A DNA stretch of 60,442 bases from positions 1-60,442 of the forward strand of contig CAJTYC010000002.1 in the NCBI GenBank assembly GCA_910584185.1, given 5' to 3'. Every line of letters begins with the position of its first letter. The stretch's first letter is position 1. The notes below the pieces were generated by a model. The model had not been told where the DNA came from, searched no databases, and was given only the letters and a program-made list of their open reading frames with translations. This document shows positions 41,334-53,200 of this stretch, piece by piece. Source of the stretch: an uncultured Muribaculaceae bacterium. Lineage in GTDB: Bacteria; Bacteroidota; Bacteroidia; Bacteroidales; Muribaculaceae. Position numbers and translations under genes: made by a program.

Positions 41334-44096
41334 TTATATAACCACGTTGACGATGCGTCCGGGTACCACTATTACCTTGCGCGGCTCCTTGCCGGCGAGC
41401 CATTTGGCGGCGTTCTCGTCGGCGAGGGCTATCTTCTCCACTTCCGCCTTGTCGGCTGTGGTGGGAGCCTCAATCATATAGCGGGTCTTGCCGTTGAACG
41501 ATACCGGGTATTTCACCGAGTCTTCGGTCAGTGCGCTCTCATCATATGCCGGCCATTCGGCATCTACCACCGAGCCTTCGTTGCCGAGACGGTGCCAGAT
41601 CTCCTCTGCCATATGCGGTGCGAATGGTGCTATGACGCGTGTCAGCAGGTCGAGTGCGCGGCGGCTTGTAGATTTCTGCGAAGTCAGCTCGTTCAAGGCT
41701 ATCATGAAGGCCGACACTGAAGTGTTGTAAGAGAAATTCTCAATGTCGCCGGTAACCTTCTTGATAAGCTTGTGCACGCTCTTTTTCTCCTCCTTGGTCA
41801 TCTCTGCATCGTTGGCATAGTCCACCTTGTCGGCGAAGCCCCAGAGCTTCTTCAGGAAGCGGTTCACTCCGTCGATGCCGTTAGTGTCCCAAGGTTTCGA
41901 CTGCTCCACCGGACCGAGGAACATCTCATAGAGGCGAAGCGTGTCAGCGCCGTAACGCTCCACAATGTCGTCTGGGTTGACCACATTGAACATCGACTTA
42001 GACATCTTCTCCACAGCGTATCCGCACACATACTTGCCATCCTCGAGCACAAACTCAGCGTCGGCATACTCCGGACGCCAGGCGCGGAAGCGGTCAGTGT
42101 CGAGCACATCGTTGCTCACCATAGATATGTCAACGCGTATCGGGGTGGTGTCATACTCCTTGCGCAGGCCATGACTCACGAACTTGTTGGTGCCCTTGAT
42201 GCGGTATACGAAGTTGCTGCGTCCCTGTATCATGCCCTGGTTCACCAGCTTCTTGAACGGCTCGTTTTCAACCACTACACCGAGGTCGAAAAGGAATTTG
42301 TTCCAGAAGCGAGAATAGATAAGGTGGCCGGTGGCATGCTCGGCACCACCCACATAGAGGTCTACATTGCGCCAATACCCGTCAGCCTCCTTGCTCACGA
42401 GCGCATTCTCGTTGTGCGGGTCCATATAGCGGAGATAATAAGCCGACGAACCGGCGAAGCCCGGCATGGTGCAGACTTCGAGAGGATAACCCTCCTTGGT
42501 GGTCCATCCCTCGGCACGGGCCAACGGTGGTTGGCCATCTTCGGTGGGGAGGTAGCTCGAAACGGCGGGGAGCAGCAGCGGCAGCTCGCTCTCATCGAGC
42601 AGATAAGCCACACCATCTTTATAATATATGGGGAAAGGTTCACCCCAATAACGCTGGCGCGAGAAAATAGCATCGCGCAGACGGTAATTGGTCTTCACCT
42701 TGCCGAGGCCCTCAGCCTCGATAAACTGTTTGGTCTTTGCAATCGCCTCCTTCACATCAAGGCCGTTGAGGTCGAGCTTCGGACCCTTGGAGTTAATCAT
42801 CTTACCCTCCTTGGCGTCAAAACTCTCTTCCGACACATCGGCCCCCTCGATAAGCGGGATAATGGGGAGGTTGAAATGGCGTGCGAAGGCATAGTCACGA
42901 GAGTCATGTGCGGGCACTGCCATGATGGCGCCTGTGCCATAACCGGCAAGCACGTAGTCGCTCACCCACACCGGAATCTTCTCGCCTGTGAGTGGATTGA
43001 TGGCATAGCTGCCGGTGAACACTCCCGACACCTTCTTCTCAATCTGGCGTTCGCGCTCGGTCTTGTGCTTCACCTCATCGAGATAAGCGTCCACAGCCTC
43101 CTTTTGCTCCGGAGTGGTGAGCATCTGCACATATTTTGACTCCGGTGCGAGCACCATGAAAGTCACGCCGAAGATAGTGTCGGCACGTGTGGTGAAAATC
43201 TCCAGCTCTATATCGGAATCGGCTACCTTGAAGCGCATCTCGGCACCCTCGGAGCGGCCTATCCAGTTGCGCTGGGTCTCCTTGAGCGAGTCGCTCCATT
43301 GCAGCGTGTCGAGGTCATCGAGCAAGCGCGGGGCATAAGCCGACACGCGCAGGCACCACTGGTTCATCAGTTTCTGCTCCACGGGGAAGCCGCCGCGCAC
43401 GCTCAGTCCCTCGCTCACCTCATCGTTGGCAAGCACGGTGCCGAGTTCGGCGCACCAGTTCACCATTGTCTCGCCCTGGTATGCTATGCGGTAGTTCATC
43501 AGAACCTCGCGCTGCTCCTTCTCGCTCATCGCATTCCACTCGTCGGCGGTGAAGTGAAGTTCCTTGCCGCAGGCGGCATGTATACCGTCGGTGCCATGCT
43601 TTGCGAAGTGGTCGGTGAGTGCGGTGATGGGCATTGCCTTATTAAGAGCAGTGTCGAAATAGGAGTTGAACATCTGCATGAAGGCCCATTGCGTCCACTT
43701 GTAATACTTAGGGTCGCAGGTGCGCACCTCGCGGCTCCAGTCGAACGAGAAGCCGATCTTGTCGAGCTGCTCGCGATAGCGGGCTATGTTGGCGTTGGTG
43801 GTCTTCTCAGGGTGCTGACCGGTCTGTATAGCATACTGCTCAGCCGGGAGTCCATAGGCGTCATAGCCCATCGGATGCAGCACGTTGAAGCCCTGCTGGC
43901 GCTTGTAGCGCGAATAGATGTCGCTCGCTATGTAGCCGAGCGGATGGCCCACATGCAGACCCGCACCAGAAGGGTAGGGGAACATGTCGAGCACATAGAA
44001 CTTGCGGCGCGAGGGGTCCTCCTTCACGCGGTAGATGTCGTTGTCGCGCCAGTATTGCTGCCAGCGCTTCTCGATTTCCTGATGATTATATTCCAT
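41334..44096 (-). CDS. leuS: Leucine-tRNA ligase
   Basis: [36 protein letters not shown]. Confidence 0.97.
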   Translation of the reverse strand: MEYNHQEIEKRWQQYWRDNDIYRVKEDPSRRKFYVLDMFPYPSGAGLHVGHPLGYIASDIYSRYKRQQGFNVLHPMGYDAYGLPAEQYAIQTGQHPEKTTNANIARYREQLDKIGFSFDWSREVRTCDPKYYKWTQWAFMQMFNSYFDTALNKAMPITALTDHFAKHGTDGIHAACGKELHFTADEWNAMSEKEQREVLMNYRIAYQGETMVNWCAELGTVLANDEVSEGLSVRGGFPVEQKLMNQWCLRVSAYAPRLLDDLDTLQWSDSLKETQRNWIGRSEGAEMRFKVADSDIELEIFTTRADTIFGVTFMVLAPESKYVQMLTTPEQKEAVDAYLDEVKHKTERERQIEKKVSGVFTGSYAINPLTGEKIPVWVSDYVLAGYGTGAIMAVPAHDSRDYAFARHFNLPIIPLIEGADVSEESFDAKEGKMINSKGPKLDLNGLDVKEAIAKTKQFIEAEGLGKVKTNYRLRDAIFSRQRYWGEPFPIYYKDGVAYLLDESELPLLLPAVSSYLPTEDGQPPLARAEGWTTKEGYPLEVCTMPGFAGSSAYYLRYMDPHNENALVSKEADGYWRNVDLYVGGAEHATGHLIYSRFWNKFLFDLGVVVENEPFKKLVNQGMIQGRSNFVYRIKGTNKFVSHGLRKEYDTTPIRVDISMVSNDVLDTDRFRAWRPEYADAEFVLEDGKYVCGYAVEKMSKSMFNVVNPDDIVERYGADTLRLYEMFLGPVEQSKPWDTNGIDGVNRFLKKLWGFADKVDYANDAEMTKEEKKSVHKLIKKVTGDIENFSYNTSVSAFMIALNELTSQKSTSRRALDLLTRVIAPFAPHMAEEIWHRLGNEGSVVDAEWPAYDESALTEDSVKYPVSFNGKTRYMIEAPTTADKAEVEKIALADENAAKWLAGKEPRKVIVVPGRIVNVVI

Positions 44097-44157
44097 TGTA
44101 TGTTAAGATGTTTTTATCATGGATGGTCACAGGCTCGCAAAGCCCGCGAATAATCTG

Positions 44158-44165
44158 CAAATTTA
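44158..44165 (-). promoter_or_regulatory. -7 promoter element (TAAATTTG) for leuS
   Basis: caaattta on + strand, about 62 bp upstream of the leuS ATG. Confidence 0.5.
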
Positions 44166-44214
44166 CGAAAATAACCTAACTTTCGCAAATCGGCTTCACG
44201 ACCGCCTATCTCAT

Positions 44215-44272
44215 TACATTTATATCCTCATAAAAATGTAATATCGCCACGCTTTTATCCGCATAAAATGTA
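44215..44272. repeat. Two quasi-palindromic 25-26-bp motifs at about 33-bp period
   Basis: tacatttatatcctcataaaaatgta and cacgcttttatccgcataaaatgta. Confidence 0.6.
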
Positions 44273-44308
44273 GTTATGTAGCGGTAAAACTAAAAGAAGC
44301 CGCAGGCC

Positions 44309-44397
44309 AAAATTTGCGATAATTTGCGTAAATTCGCGATAAGAAAAACTCAGCAGGAAAGGATGAATCGCAAATTACGCAGATTAACGCAAATTTT
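44309..44397. repeat. Inverted pair of short tandem arrays (AATTTGCG / CGCAAATT units)
   Basis: 44309-44340 is a near reverse complement of 44367-44397. Confidence 0.75.
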
Positions 44398-44660
44398 TTC
44401 ATGCTTCCTTAACTTTTTGTAAATATAACAAAATGTACCATTTGGTACTCAATTTAGTAACGATTGAAAAATAACTTGGTAGAGTTCGGTGACATATGTG
44501 CCGATTTACATGTTGATGTTTTTAAAACCGAAATAGAGCCACATCGGTGTCTATAAGATAGATTTGACAGGGCTTGTGTAGTTGATTCACGTTGGCAGCG
44601 GCAGCTGTAAACTATAATATTTTTGTGGTTTGGTGGAAATTTCTTAACTTTGCATTTGCT

Positions 44661-45593
44661 ATGTGCCCTTACCTGTTGACAATCATAATTCCTCATAAGG
44701 ATATCCCTGAGCTGTTGCATCGTTGCTTGGGGAGCATGCCTCGTAGAGATGATGTGCAGGTGATAGTGGCAGACGACCATAGCGAGTGTGATACACAGAC
44801 TTTGCTCTCTGAGTGGGGTTTTTCAGATGTGACGTTTTGTCGCACGGAGTCACCGGCCGGCGGAGGAGCGGCGCGTAATCTCGGGCTTTCGTTGGCACAG
44901 GGAGAGTGGATCACTTTTGTCGATGCCGATGATTTCCTTACCCCTCTTGCCGGAGAGATAATAGATTCGCTTAAGCAAGTCGATGAGAATGTGGATGTGG
45001 TGTATTGCGCGGCATGCAGCGTAGACAGCGTGAATTTCACCACTTCCGACAGGGCAGATTGGCTCAATAAGCATATATCAATGTATGCCACTAATCCGCA
45101 CGAAGCGGAGATGCGCTTACGTTATACGTTTGGCGAACCATGGTGCAAGATAGTAAGACGCTCTCTGATTGAGAAACACAACATAGACTTCGACACCACA
45201 CGCATACACAACGACACGAAATACTCCTACTTGACAGGCCATTATGCCGATAAGGTGAAGGTTGATTCCCGTGCTCTATGCACTATCACGACCCGTAGCG
45301 GATCAGTGTCGCGCACGCTCACAGAAGCCAACAAGCTGCAACGCATAGAGGTGTTCGGCAGGGAGGATAAATTTTTTGAAGAGAACGGCATTCCGCACCG
45401 TTATCAGATACGATTCCTCTGGGCCCAGATGGCGAGGTCGCTATTTGAGAACCGCGATACCTTCAGGCAGGGAGTCCGCACACTGCGCGGATTCGGCATA
45501 AAACGTTCGCGCATAGCCAAGATGACAGCCAAGCATGTGGTGCGCAATGCCATGGTCAAGGCTGCCAAAGGCGTGCTTAAAAGATTCAAATAG
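44661..45593 (+). CDS. Glycosyltransferase family 2
   Basis: LTIIIPH, VIVADDHS, AARNLGL, TFVDADD; TAACTTTG promoter element at 44645-44652. Confidence 0.85.
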   Translation: MCPYLLTIIIPHKDIPELLHRCLGSMPRRDDVQVIVADDHSECDTQTLLSEWGFSDVTFCRTESPAGGGAARNLGLSLAQGEWITFVDADDFLTPLAGEIIDSLKQVDENVDVVYCAACSVDSVNFTTSDRADWLNKHISMYATNPHEAEMRLRYTFGEPWCKIVRRSLIEKHNIDFDTTRIHNDTKYSYLTGHYADKVKVDSRALCTITTRSGSVSRTLTEANKLQRIEVFGREDKFFEENGIPHRYQIRFLWAQMARSLFENRDTFRQGVRTLRGFGIKRSRIAKMTAKHVVRNAMVKAAKGVLKRFK

Positions 45594-45594
45594 T

Positions 45595-46869
45595 ATGATG
45601 AAATTCTTGAAAAAGTTTACTGCATGTCCGGTAGGATGCTCATCTTCCGATTGGATAGGCGTCAATATATTCAGTGCGACTTTATTCTTGCCCGTGCTGA
45701 TTATGTATGTGGGGTTTATTACAGGCGGCACCGCAGGCATTCTAAATATGCTTTTCTATTTCGTAATGCTTGTAGTGAGTGGGTACTACGGGTTGCGTCA
45801 TCTTAATTCGTCAGATGTGTTTATAATGCTTTGCATATACAGCTTTTTTGTATTGAATTTCATTATGGATCCATCATTGAGCGAATATTATGTGAGCGGT
45901 ATTATGGTAGCCGTATATATCACATATGTGCCTATCAGTGTATGCATAGTCAGGAAAATCAAGGATTGGAACTATTTTTTCGACAGTTGCCGTATATTCT
46001 GTGTGTTGGCGTTGCTGGTGGCATTGGGAACAGTCTTTACCCATGATTCGGATGTGTTGGCACGCTATGACTTTATCAGTTATATGCCATACAGTTACTT
46101 CATGCTTCCGTTTATACTTTGCTCGTATGTGTTGGCGAGGCGCAAGAGGTCTCTGTTGTGGCTGGCAGTATTTTTTGCGTTGTATGCATCTATATTGTCG
46201 CATGGAGCGCGTAATGCAGTGGTGATGCCTTTGCTCTTTGTGTGTGCATATGAACTATTCACCGGCAGTCTCGTGAAGCGGGTTATTACATTGATTGTAA
46301 TCTTGGTTTTGGGTGCGGTTCTTTTCCTGTTTCTCGACAAGATAATGTATGCGCTCAGTCTGCTCCCGTTTTTTGAGAATTCCCGACTCGTCACAAAGTT
46401 CCTGGCCAAGGCTGTGACAAGTGGCGGTGAACGAGACTTGTTTATCAATGAAGGAATCCGGAGACTCTTGCATATGGAAATGGAGGTGCCCGGGCTGTTT
46501 GGTGACAGGGCATTTATCAGCGGTCCTTATCCTCACAATATTTTTCTTGAGATTCTTCTGCAGTTCGGATGGATTTTAGGCACACTGATGTGTGTCGGCA
46601 TATTATATCTGATTATATATGCAATTTGTTTCTCTCGCAATAAGGTGATGGGCTTGTTCTTGTTTTTCGGAGTATTCGTAAAATTGATAGTGTCTGACTC
46701 CTATGTGATGTATGGTAATTTTTGGCTCTGGTTGTTTGCAAGTATAAGCTTATGTTACAGTAACGGGAAATTTAAATTCAATTATTTGCGTAGCAGGCGC
46801 AACTCGAAGATGACAAAAGGAGTTTCCAATGGGCCTCAATCCGAAAATCGCAGCCAAATCAATGTGTAA
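45595..46869 (+). CDS. Wzy-like polymerase / O-antigen ligase-family membrane protein
   Basis: About 10 TM segments, SHGARNA, YPHNIFLEILLQFG motif, AT-rich. Confidence 0.7.
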   Translation: MMKFLKKFTACPVGCSSSDWIGVNIFSATLFLPVLIMYVGFITGGTAGILNMLFYFVMLVVSGYYGLRHLNSSDVFIMLCIYSFFVLNFIMDPSLSEYYVSGIMVAVYITYVPISVCIVRKIKDWNYFFDSCRIFCVLALLVALGTVFTHDSDVLARYDFISYMPYSYFMLPFILCSYVLARRKRSLLWLAVFFALYASILSHGARNAVVMPLLFVCAYELFTGSLVKRVITLIVILVLGAVLFLFLDKIMYALSLLPFFENSRLVTKFLAKAVTSGGERDLFINEGIRRLLHMEMEVPGLFGDRAFISGPYPHNIFLEILLQFGWILGTLMCVGILYLIIYAICFSRNKVMGLFLFFGVFVKLIVSDSYVMYGNFWLWLFASISLCYSNGKFKFNYLRSRRNSKMTKGVSNGPQSENRSQINV

Positions 46870-46928
46870 TATGCTTGTATTGGCCGATTATTTGGAATTT
46901 TAAAAAGTTTGTCTTAAATTTGGATGCC

Positions 46929-47888
46929 ATGAAAAAGATATGTAGTATAATAGTCACATTTAATCGACGAGAGCTGCTGGCTCGTTGCGCACGCGCTGTG
47001 ATGGGGCAGACAGTTCGCCCTGATGCGCTGATAATAGTCGACAATGCCTCTACCGACGGCACTTTCGAATATCTCTGCGGTGAGGGTATTGTGGCCGGGG
47101 CGCCGCTTCAGACAGAGGTGATGATGGAGTCGCAAGTAGAAGGCATGAGGGTGATATACTACCGCATGCCGGTAAATGGCGGTGGTGCCGGGGGCTTCCA
47201 CAAGGGGCTCGAACTTGCTCACCATATGAATGAGTTCGATGCTTTCTGGATGATGGACGATGACGGCTATCCCACTCCCGAGTGTCTTGAGAAGCAGCTC
47301 GCATATCTCGACAAATATGACTATGTGATGCCTGTGAGCATCAATATAGAGGAGCACACACAGCTCTCTTGGGCCACGAAACTCAAGAAAGGTGGCAAGA
47401 CCGAATCATATGCCGAACTTATGGCCGACTGGGGTGAGATTCTCCCCTTCGTGTTCCCCTTCAACGGTTCGCTGCTGAGCAAGAAGATAGTAGATGAGGT
47501 GGGTTATATCAATCCCGACCTCTTCATTTGGGGCGACGACTACGAGCATTATTACCGTTGTCTCAAGGCCGGTTTCAAGCCGGTGACAGTGCTCGACGCC
47601 GTGTTTTATCATCCGGCCAACCGTGCGCCGGTGGTGCCGGTGATGGGTGGACTCTTCAAGGTGCCGTATGTTGACTCGAAGCTCAGGTTCACCTGTCTGA
47701 TACGCAACTGGGCCTTCATCAACAAGAACAATCATCGCTGGCTGGCCGCCGCCAAGATATTCGGCGCCTACACATGGCTATTCCTCGTGACGCGCGGCTT
47801 CGACCTGGAGGGCTATAAGCACTACCTCGCCTGCACGCGCGATGGCTTCCGCGGTGTCTTCACCCGTCACCTCCAATACCTGAAATAA
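46929..47888 (+). CDS. Glycosyltransferase family 2, galactofuranosyltransferase-like
   Basis: IVTFNRRELL, VDNASTDGT, NGGGAGGF, WMMDDDG, FIWGDD; adjacent to glf. Confidence 0.8.
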   Translation: MKKICSIIVTFNRRELLARCARAVMGQTVRPDALIIVDNASTDGTFEYLCGEGIVAGAPLQTEVMMESQVEGMRVIYYRMPVNGGGAGGFHKGLELAHHMNEFDAFWMMDDDGYPTPECLEKQLAYLDKYDYVMPVSINIEEHTQLSWATKLKKGGKTESYAELMADWGEILPFVFPFNGSLLSKKIVDEVGYINPDLFIWGDDYEHYYRCLKAGFKPVTVLDAVFYHPANRAPVVPVMGGLFKVPYVDSKLRFTCLIRNWAFINKNNHRWLAAAKIFGAYTWLFLVTRGFDLEGYKHYLACTRDGFRGVFTRHLQYLK

Positions 47889-47907
47889 CTCATTCAGCAA
47901 ACTCCTG

Positions 47908-47957
47908 AAAGACCTTAAAGACACTAACGACCTTAAAGACCTTAACGACCTTAAAGT
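47908..47957 (+). repeat. 9-bp microsatellite (GACCTTAAA/GACCTTAAC)
   Basis: aaa gaccttaaa gacactaac gaccttaaa gaccttaac gaccttaaa g. Confidence 0.85.
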
Positions 47958-47990
47958 GGTCAGTGATACAATCCAAAAAAAAGACCAATT

Positions 47991-49133
47991 ATGAAATATG
48001 ACTTTCTGATAGTCGGAGCGGGCCTCTATGGCGCAGTCTTCGCACGCCTCGCCACCGACTCCGGCAAGAAATGCCTCGTGATAGAAAAACGCAACCACCC
48101 CGGCGGCAATATATATTGTGAGAACGTCGACGGGATAAACGTTCACAAATATGGTGCACATATCTTCCATACTTCTAACGAGGAAGTGTGGGAGTTCGTG
48201 AATCGCTATGTGCGCTTCAACCGTTACACCAACTGCCCGGTGGCCAAGGCCCCGGATGGCAAGATGTATAACTTGCCGTTCAATATGAATACTTTCTGCA
48301 AGCTCTGGGGAGTGGAGACTCCGGCTGAGGCCGAGGCGAAGCTAGAGAAGCAAAGGCGCCAGGCCAAGGAGAAGATGGCCGCCGATGGTGTGGCCGAGCC
48401 CCGCAACCTCGAAGAGCAGGCCCTCACGCTCATAGGCCGCGATGTATACGAACTTCTTATAAAGCATTATACTGAAAAACAGTGGGGTAGACCCTGCACC
48501 GAACTCCCTGCCTACATAATCCGACGCCTGCCGGTGAGGCTCGTGTATGACAACAATTACTTCAACGACCTCTACCAGGGCATACCCGTGGGTGGCTACA
48601 ATGTGCTGATTGATGCCCTGCTCGAAGGGGTGGAGGTGCGACTCGACACTGACTATCTCTCTGACCGCAAGGTATTTGATGCCATGGCTGAGCGTGTCGT
48701 TTACACCGGCCCAATCGACGAATATTTCGGCTTCAAGCTCGGCCAGCTGCAATGGCGCACAGTGCGCTTCGAGACTGAGAAGCTCGACAACCCCAACTAT
48801 CAGGGCAACGCTGTGATAAACTATACAGCGGGTGATGTGCCTTACACACGCATCATAGAGCACAAGCATTTCGAGATGTTCGGCCAGGTGGTCTATGACA
48901 ATCCTAAAACTGTAATCTCACGCGAATACAGCACAGAGTGGGAACCAGGCATGGAGCCATACTATCCTGTGAACGATGCGCGTAATAATGCGCTGATAGA
49001 GAAGTATCGTGAGCTTGCCGAAAGGTTGAAGCCCCATGTATATTTCGGCGGCCGTCTCGGCACATACACCTATCTCGACATGGATAAGGTGATTGCTAAA
49101 GTGCTTAACGATTTCAAGGAAATTATGGACTGA
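47991..49133 (+). CDS. glf: UDP-galactopyranose mutase
   Basis: IVGAGLYG, HKYGAHIFH, YTEKQWG, YQGIP, TRIIEHKHF, EPYYP, GRLGTYTY. Confidence 0.95.
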   Translation: MKYDFLIVGAGLYGAVFARLATDSGKKCLVIEKRNHPGGNIYCENVDGINVHKYGAHIFHTSNEEVWEFVNRYVRFNRYTNCPVAKAPDGKMYNLPFNMNTFCKLWGVETPAEAEAKLEKQRRQAKEKMAADGVAEPRNLEEQALTLIGRDVYELLIKHYTEKQWGRPCTELPAYIIRRLPVRLVYDNNYFNDLYQGIPVGGYNVLIDALLEGVEVRLDTDYLSDRKVFDAMAERVVYTGPIDEYFGFKLGQLQWRTVRFETEKLDNPNYQGNAVINYTAGDVPYTRIIEHKHFEMFGQVVYDNPKTVISREYSTEWEPGMEPYYPVNDARNNALIEKYRELAERLKPHVYFGGRLGTYTYLDMDKVIAKVLNDFKEIMD

Positions 49134-49311
49134 CGCGCCTGTTGGGGCGATACTCGTTTTGCCGATTTTTATTCTTTTGCTTAAAAAGTTTGAAAATATG
49201 CAAAAAAAGTGTTATTTTTGTTGCTGCGACATCATAAGGGGCCTTCGCAGCTTGTTTTCAAGAGTGTCGCAATATCAGTGAAGCCATGAAATTGAACACA
49301 TCACACCGCAT

Positions 49312-50082
49312 ATGAAAGAGGATATGGTATCCATTATCACTCCCATGTATAAGGGAGCGGCCTTTGTTGGCGATGCAATAAGAAGTGTATTGGCCCAGGA
49401 CTATCAGAACTGGGAGATGATTATAGTAGATGACTGTTCGCCCGATGGAGGGGCCGGTATCGCAGAAGTGAAAAAAGTTGCAGCCGGCGACCCACGTGTC
49501 ATACTTGTGGAAAGCAAGCAAAACAGGGGTTCATCCGGAGCCCGAAATATTGCACTCGAAAAGGCGCAAGGTCGATATATCGCTTTCCTCGATTCTGACG
49601 ATATCTGGCACGCTGACTATCTCTCGAAGCAGCTCAACTTCATGAAACAGAAAGATGCAGCTTTGGTATTCAGTTCATACCGCCGCATTAATGAGGAGAC
49701 CAAGGAAGAGCTTTTGAGGCCTTTTATCGTGCCTGATAAAGTGACTTACAAGAGATTGCTGAAGTCCAATCCGATATTTCCCTCCGCAGCTGTTTTCGAC
49801 ACACAAAAAGCACCCAAGATTTTCTTTAATGAAGAGCTCGGAAGCATGCGCGATGACTACGTGTTCTTGCTGCATATGCTCAAGGAGATAGGGGTGGCCT
49901 ATGGCAATAAGGAGGTGATAGCTGACTATCGTATGCGCAAGGCATCGGCCACAGGCGACAAGCGCAAGGTGATCAAGCCGCAGTGGAATGTGCTATACCG
50001 CGAGGAGAAGATTGGCCTGCTGCCGAGCATTTACAATATGATGTGCTGGGCCTGGATTTCCTACAACAAGTATCGCAAGTAA
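49312..50082 (+). CDS. Glycosyltransferase family 2 (TuaG-like)
   Basis: VSIITPMY, IIVDDCS, ARNIAL, IAFLDSDD. Confidence 0.85.
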   Translation: MKEDMVSIITPMYKGAAFVGDAIRSVLAQDYQNWEMIIVDDCSPDGGAGIAEVKKVAAGDPRVILVESKQNRGSSGARNIALEKAQGRYIAFLDSDDIWHADYLSKQLNFMKQKDAALVFSSYRRINEETKEELLRPFIVPDKVTYKRLLKSNPIFPSAAVFDTQKAPKIFFNEELGSMRDDYVFLLHMLKEIGVAYGNKEVIADYRMRKASATGDKRKVIKPQWNVLYREEKIGLLPSIYNMMCWAWISYNKYRK

Positions 50083-50088
50083 GAAAGC

Positions 50089-50190
50089 AAGGACTTTAAG
50101 TCCTTAACGACCTTAACGACCTTAACGACCTTAACGACCTTAACGACCTTAACGACCTAAAGTCCTTAAAGCCCTTAAAGACTCTTAAAA
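50089..50190 (+). repeat. 9-bp microsatellite (GACCTTAAC), about 11 units
   Basis: gtccttaac, (gaccttaac)x5, gacctaaa, gtccttaaa, gcccttaaa, gactcttaaa. Confidence 0.9.
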
Positions 50191-50249
50191 GCCGTCGGCG
50201 AGGATTAATCAACTACAATATATAGCAAGTCTTTTTCGTTAAATCATAG

Positions 50250-53200
50250 ATGGATAAACGAAAAAGACTTGTTTTTGCAACCAACAATGCCCACAAACTC
50301 GAAGAAGCCCGCCGCATCGTGCCGGAGGGATTCGAGATTGTGTCGCTTGCCGAGATAGGTTGCCATGATGATATACCCGAAACTGCCGAGACCCTCGAGG
50401 GGAATGCCCTGATTAAGGCGCGTTGGGTACACGACCGTTACGGATATGACTGTTTCGCCGACGACACCGGCCTGATGGTCGACGCGCTCGACGGCGCGCC
50501 GGGCGTGCGTAGCGCACGTTATGCCGGTGAGGAGTGCGACTCCAAAGCCAATATGAAGAAACTTCTCTCCGAAATGTATGATAAGGAGCAGCGCGATGCC
50601 CACTTCTCCACCGTGATAGCCCTTGTGGCCGACGGTGAGGAGCATTGTTTCGTCGGGCGTGTGGATGGCCGGATAGCCCGCGAACCTCACGGCGACGGCG
50701 GCTTCGGCTACGACCCCGTGTTCGTCGCAAAGGAGTCGGGTAAGTGTTTCGCCGAAATGCTCCCCGACGAGAAGAATGCCATATCGCACCGTGGACGCGC
50801 CATGCGCAAGCTGAGCCGGTTTCTCGGCCTGCTCTCCATGCTCATCATCTTGATGCTCTGCGGCTTTACGGCCAATGCGGAGCAGTGGCGTCTGCACGGC
50901 TCATACGACGGCAATATGGAGCGAATCGTCGACACGCAGAAGTACACATATTTTCTCGGCCTTTCGCAAGATTATGAGCCTTCTGTCACGGCAATGGCAA
51001 TACATTACGGCATATTGATGCGCTACGACAAGGAGGGGGAGGAAATGATGGTGCTCAATTCGCAGAACCTGCTGAGCGGCAACACTGTGAATGCCATAGA
51101 ATATAACTTCGCCAAGAAGTATCTTGTGGCAGCGTTTGACGACGGCAATGTGGATTTGCTCTATGACAACGGCGACAAATATACTGTGCCGGGTCTGAAG
51201 CTCTCGCAATCGGCACCCTCCAAGAAAATCAACAGTCTGACAGTCGACAATTCGAGCGGCACCATATATGTCGCTACAGATTTCGGCTATTATACAATCA
51301 ACGAAGGCAATAAGGAGGTGGGCACCTCACGCGTGTATGGTGTGCCTGTAAATGCTATGGCCATGTATGACGGCAAGATGTGGCTTGCGTCTGACAATCA
51401 GGTTTATTATGGCCAACCGGGTGAATATACTTTCGACAAGCTCATGAAGGGCCCTAAGTTCGGCATAGATTCCAAACCGGGCACCGGCACTGTGTCGCGA
51501 ATGTATCCGTTGGGCAACCGCGGCATTGTAACCCTTTATGGCAAGCGTGACAACATGACCGTGGCCTTGATTTATAAGGATGGTGACAAATATACATCGC
51601 GCACGTTGGTGGGCAGCAGATCTCGCGGCATGGAGCCTCTCCCCAATGGTGTGCTGCTTTGCCACCCCAATTCTATCACAATACTTCATGCCGACGGCAA
51701 GGATGCCTTTTTCGATGTGCCGGTCGACGACCGTAACGGACTCTTCGGCACTTACAACGAGTCTGACTTCTGGCTGTCGGCCAAGCGTAAGGGCATTTCG
51801 CTGAAGCGCAAACCCTCTTCGGGCGACAACTGGACCGTGCTGAAGGACCGCTTCTTCCCCAACGTGTCGTCGAGCTTCCTGAGCTCTTATATGGCTTACA
51901 GCCCGGAATATGGTATGCTCGTGCGCAATCACAGTATGGATAACATCTTCTATCAAGATGCCGGCAACCACTTCTATATCCCGGATATGCTGTCGGGCTA
52001 CAAGGATATGAACTGGTCCCAGCTGTCGGCTACATATCGGAGCGATTCTAAGGGACTTATAGTCACCAGCCCGCGTGGCATAGCCATTGACCCTAAAAAT
52101 CCTCACCACGTGTATTGCGGCTCGGTGAAGAATGGCTTTATGCGTCTTGACCTGAAAAATGTAGAGAATTCGATACATATATCAAAGCGCACTGACGATT
52201 CCGGAGGCTATGGTCATCCCGGTTTCGTCGTGGCTGTGGAGGAATCGCCCGAAAATGCCTCGTGGCGTGCACGCTGTGTTTTCTCCGCTCCGGCATTCGA
52301 TTCTTACGGCATTCTCTGGATAAGCCACCTTGTGCCCAACAATTATCATGAGTCGGATAGCGAGGATACGGAACTGTGGTATTGGCTGCCCGAGGAGCGT
52401 GCCGCCGTCACTTCAGCCGCCAATTTCAAGCCGCTTCGCAAGCTGACAGTGAAGGGTGCAAAGATTTCAAACTCGCCGCTGATGCTGCCGCTCAAGACCT
52501 CGGCCAACCGTAATCTTATCTTGCTCCAGGGCAATACCAAGGGTGGCGGTCTGACCATCTATGACCATAACGGCACACCGACTGATACGTCTGACGACCG
52601 CATGGTCACTATGACTGAATTATATGACCAGGATGGCCAAAAGGTGGAGTTCCTGTATGGTTATGCCCACTATGAAGATCCGCTCACCGGACTCGTGTGG
52701 CTATCTACCGGTGATGACTTGATTACCTTTAAGCCCTCTGAGGCTTTCGATAATCCCTCGGCTGTGCGCCGAATTAAGGTGGCACGTAATGACGGCACCA
52801 ATCTCGCCGACTACCTGCTCAACAAGGTGCAGGTGAACGGCATAATAGCAGATAAGGCCGGCAACAAGTGGTTTGCCACAATGGGTGCGGGTGTGATGTG
52901 CACTTCTTCTGACGGACGTGAAGTGCTCGCATCATATACCACCGACAATTCTCCACTCCCCGACAATGATGTGTATTCAATAGGTTACAACCCTGACACC
53001 AATTCCATCATGGCCTCTACCGATAAGGGCCTCGCCGAACTTTTCCTCTACGGCACATCAGCCGGTGGCGGCGACGACGATGTGAGGGTTTACCCCAATC
53101 CAGTGGCACCCGACTTCTATGGTTACGTGACCATAGATGGTCTGCAAGATGACGCGATGATAAAGATAGTGGATGCTGCCGGCAACCTCGTGAAAGAATG

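Noticed and set aside
44454..44660. Small ORFs or an extended GT2 start in the leuS-GT2 spacer
   Set aside because: No motifs; a promoter element at 44645-44652 supports the ATG at 44661
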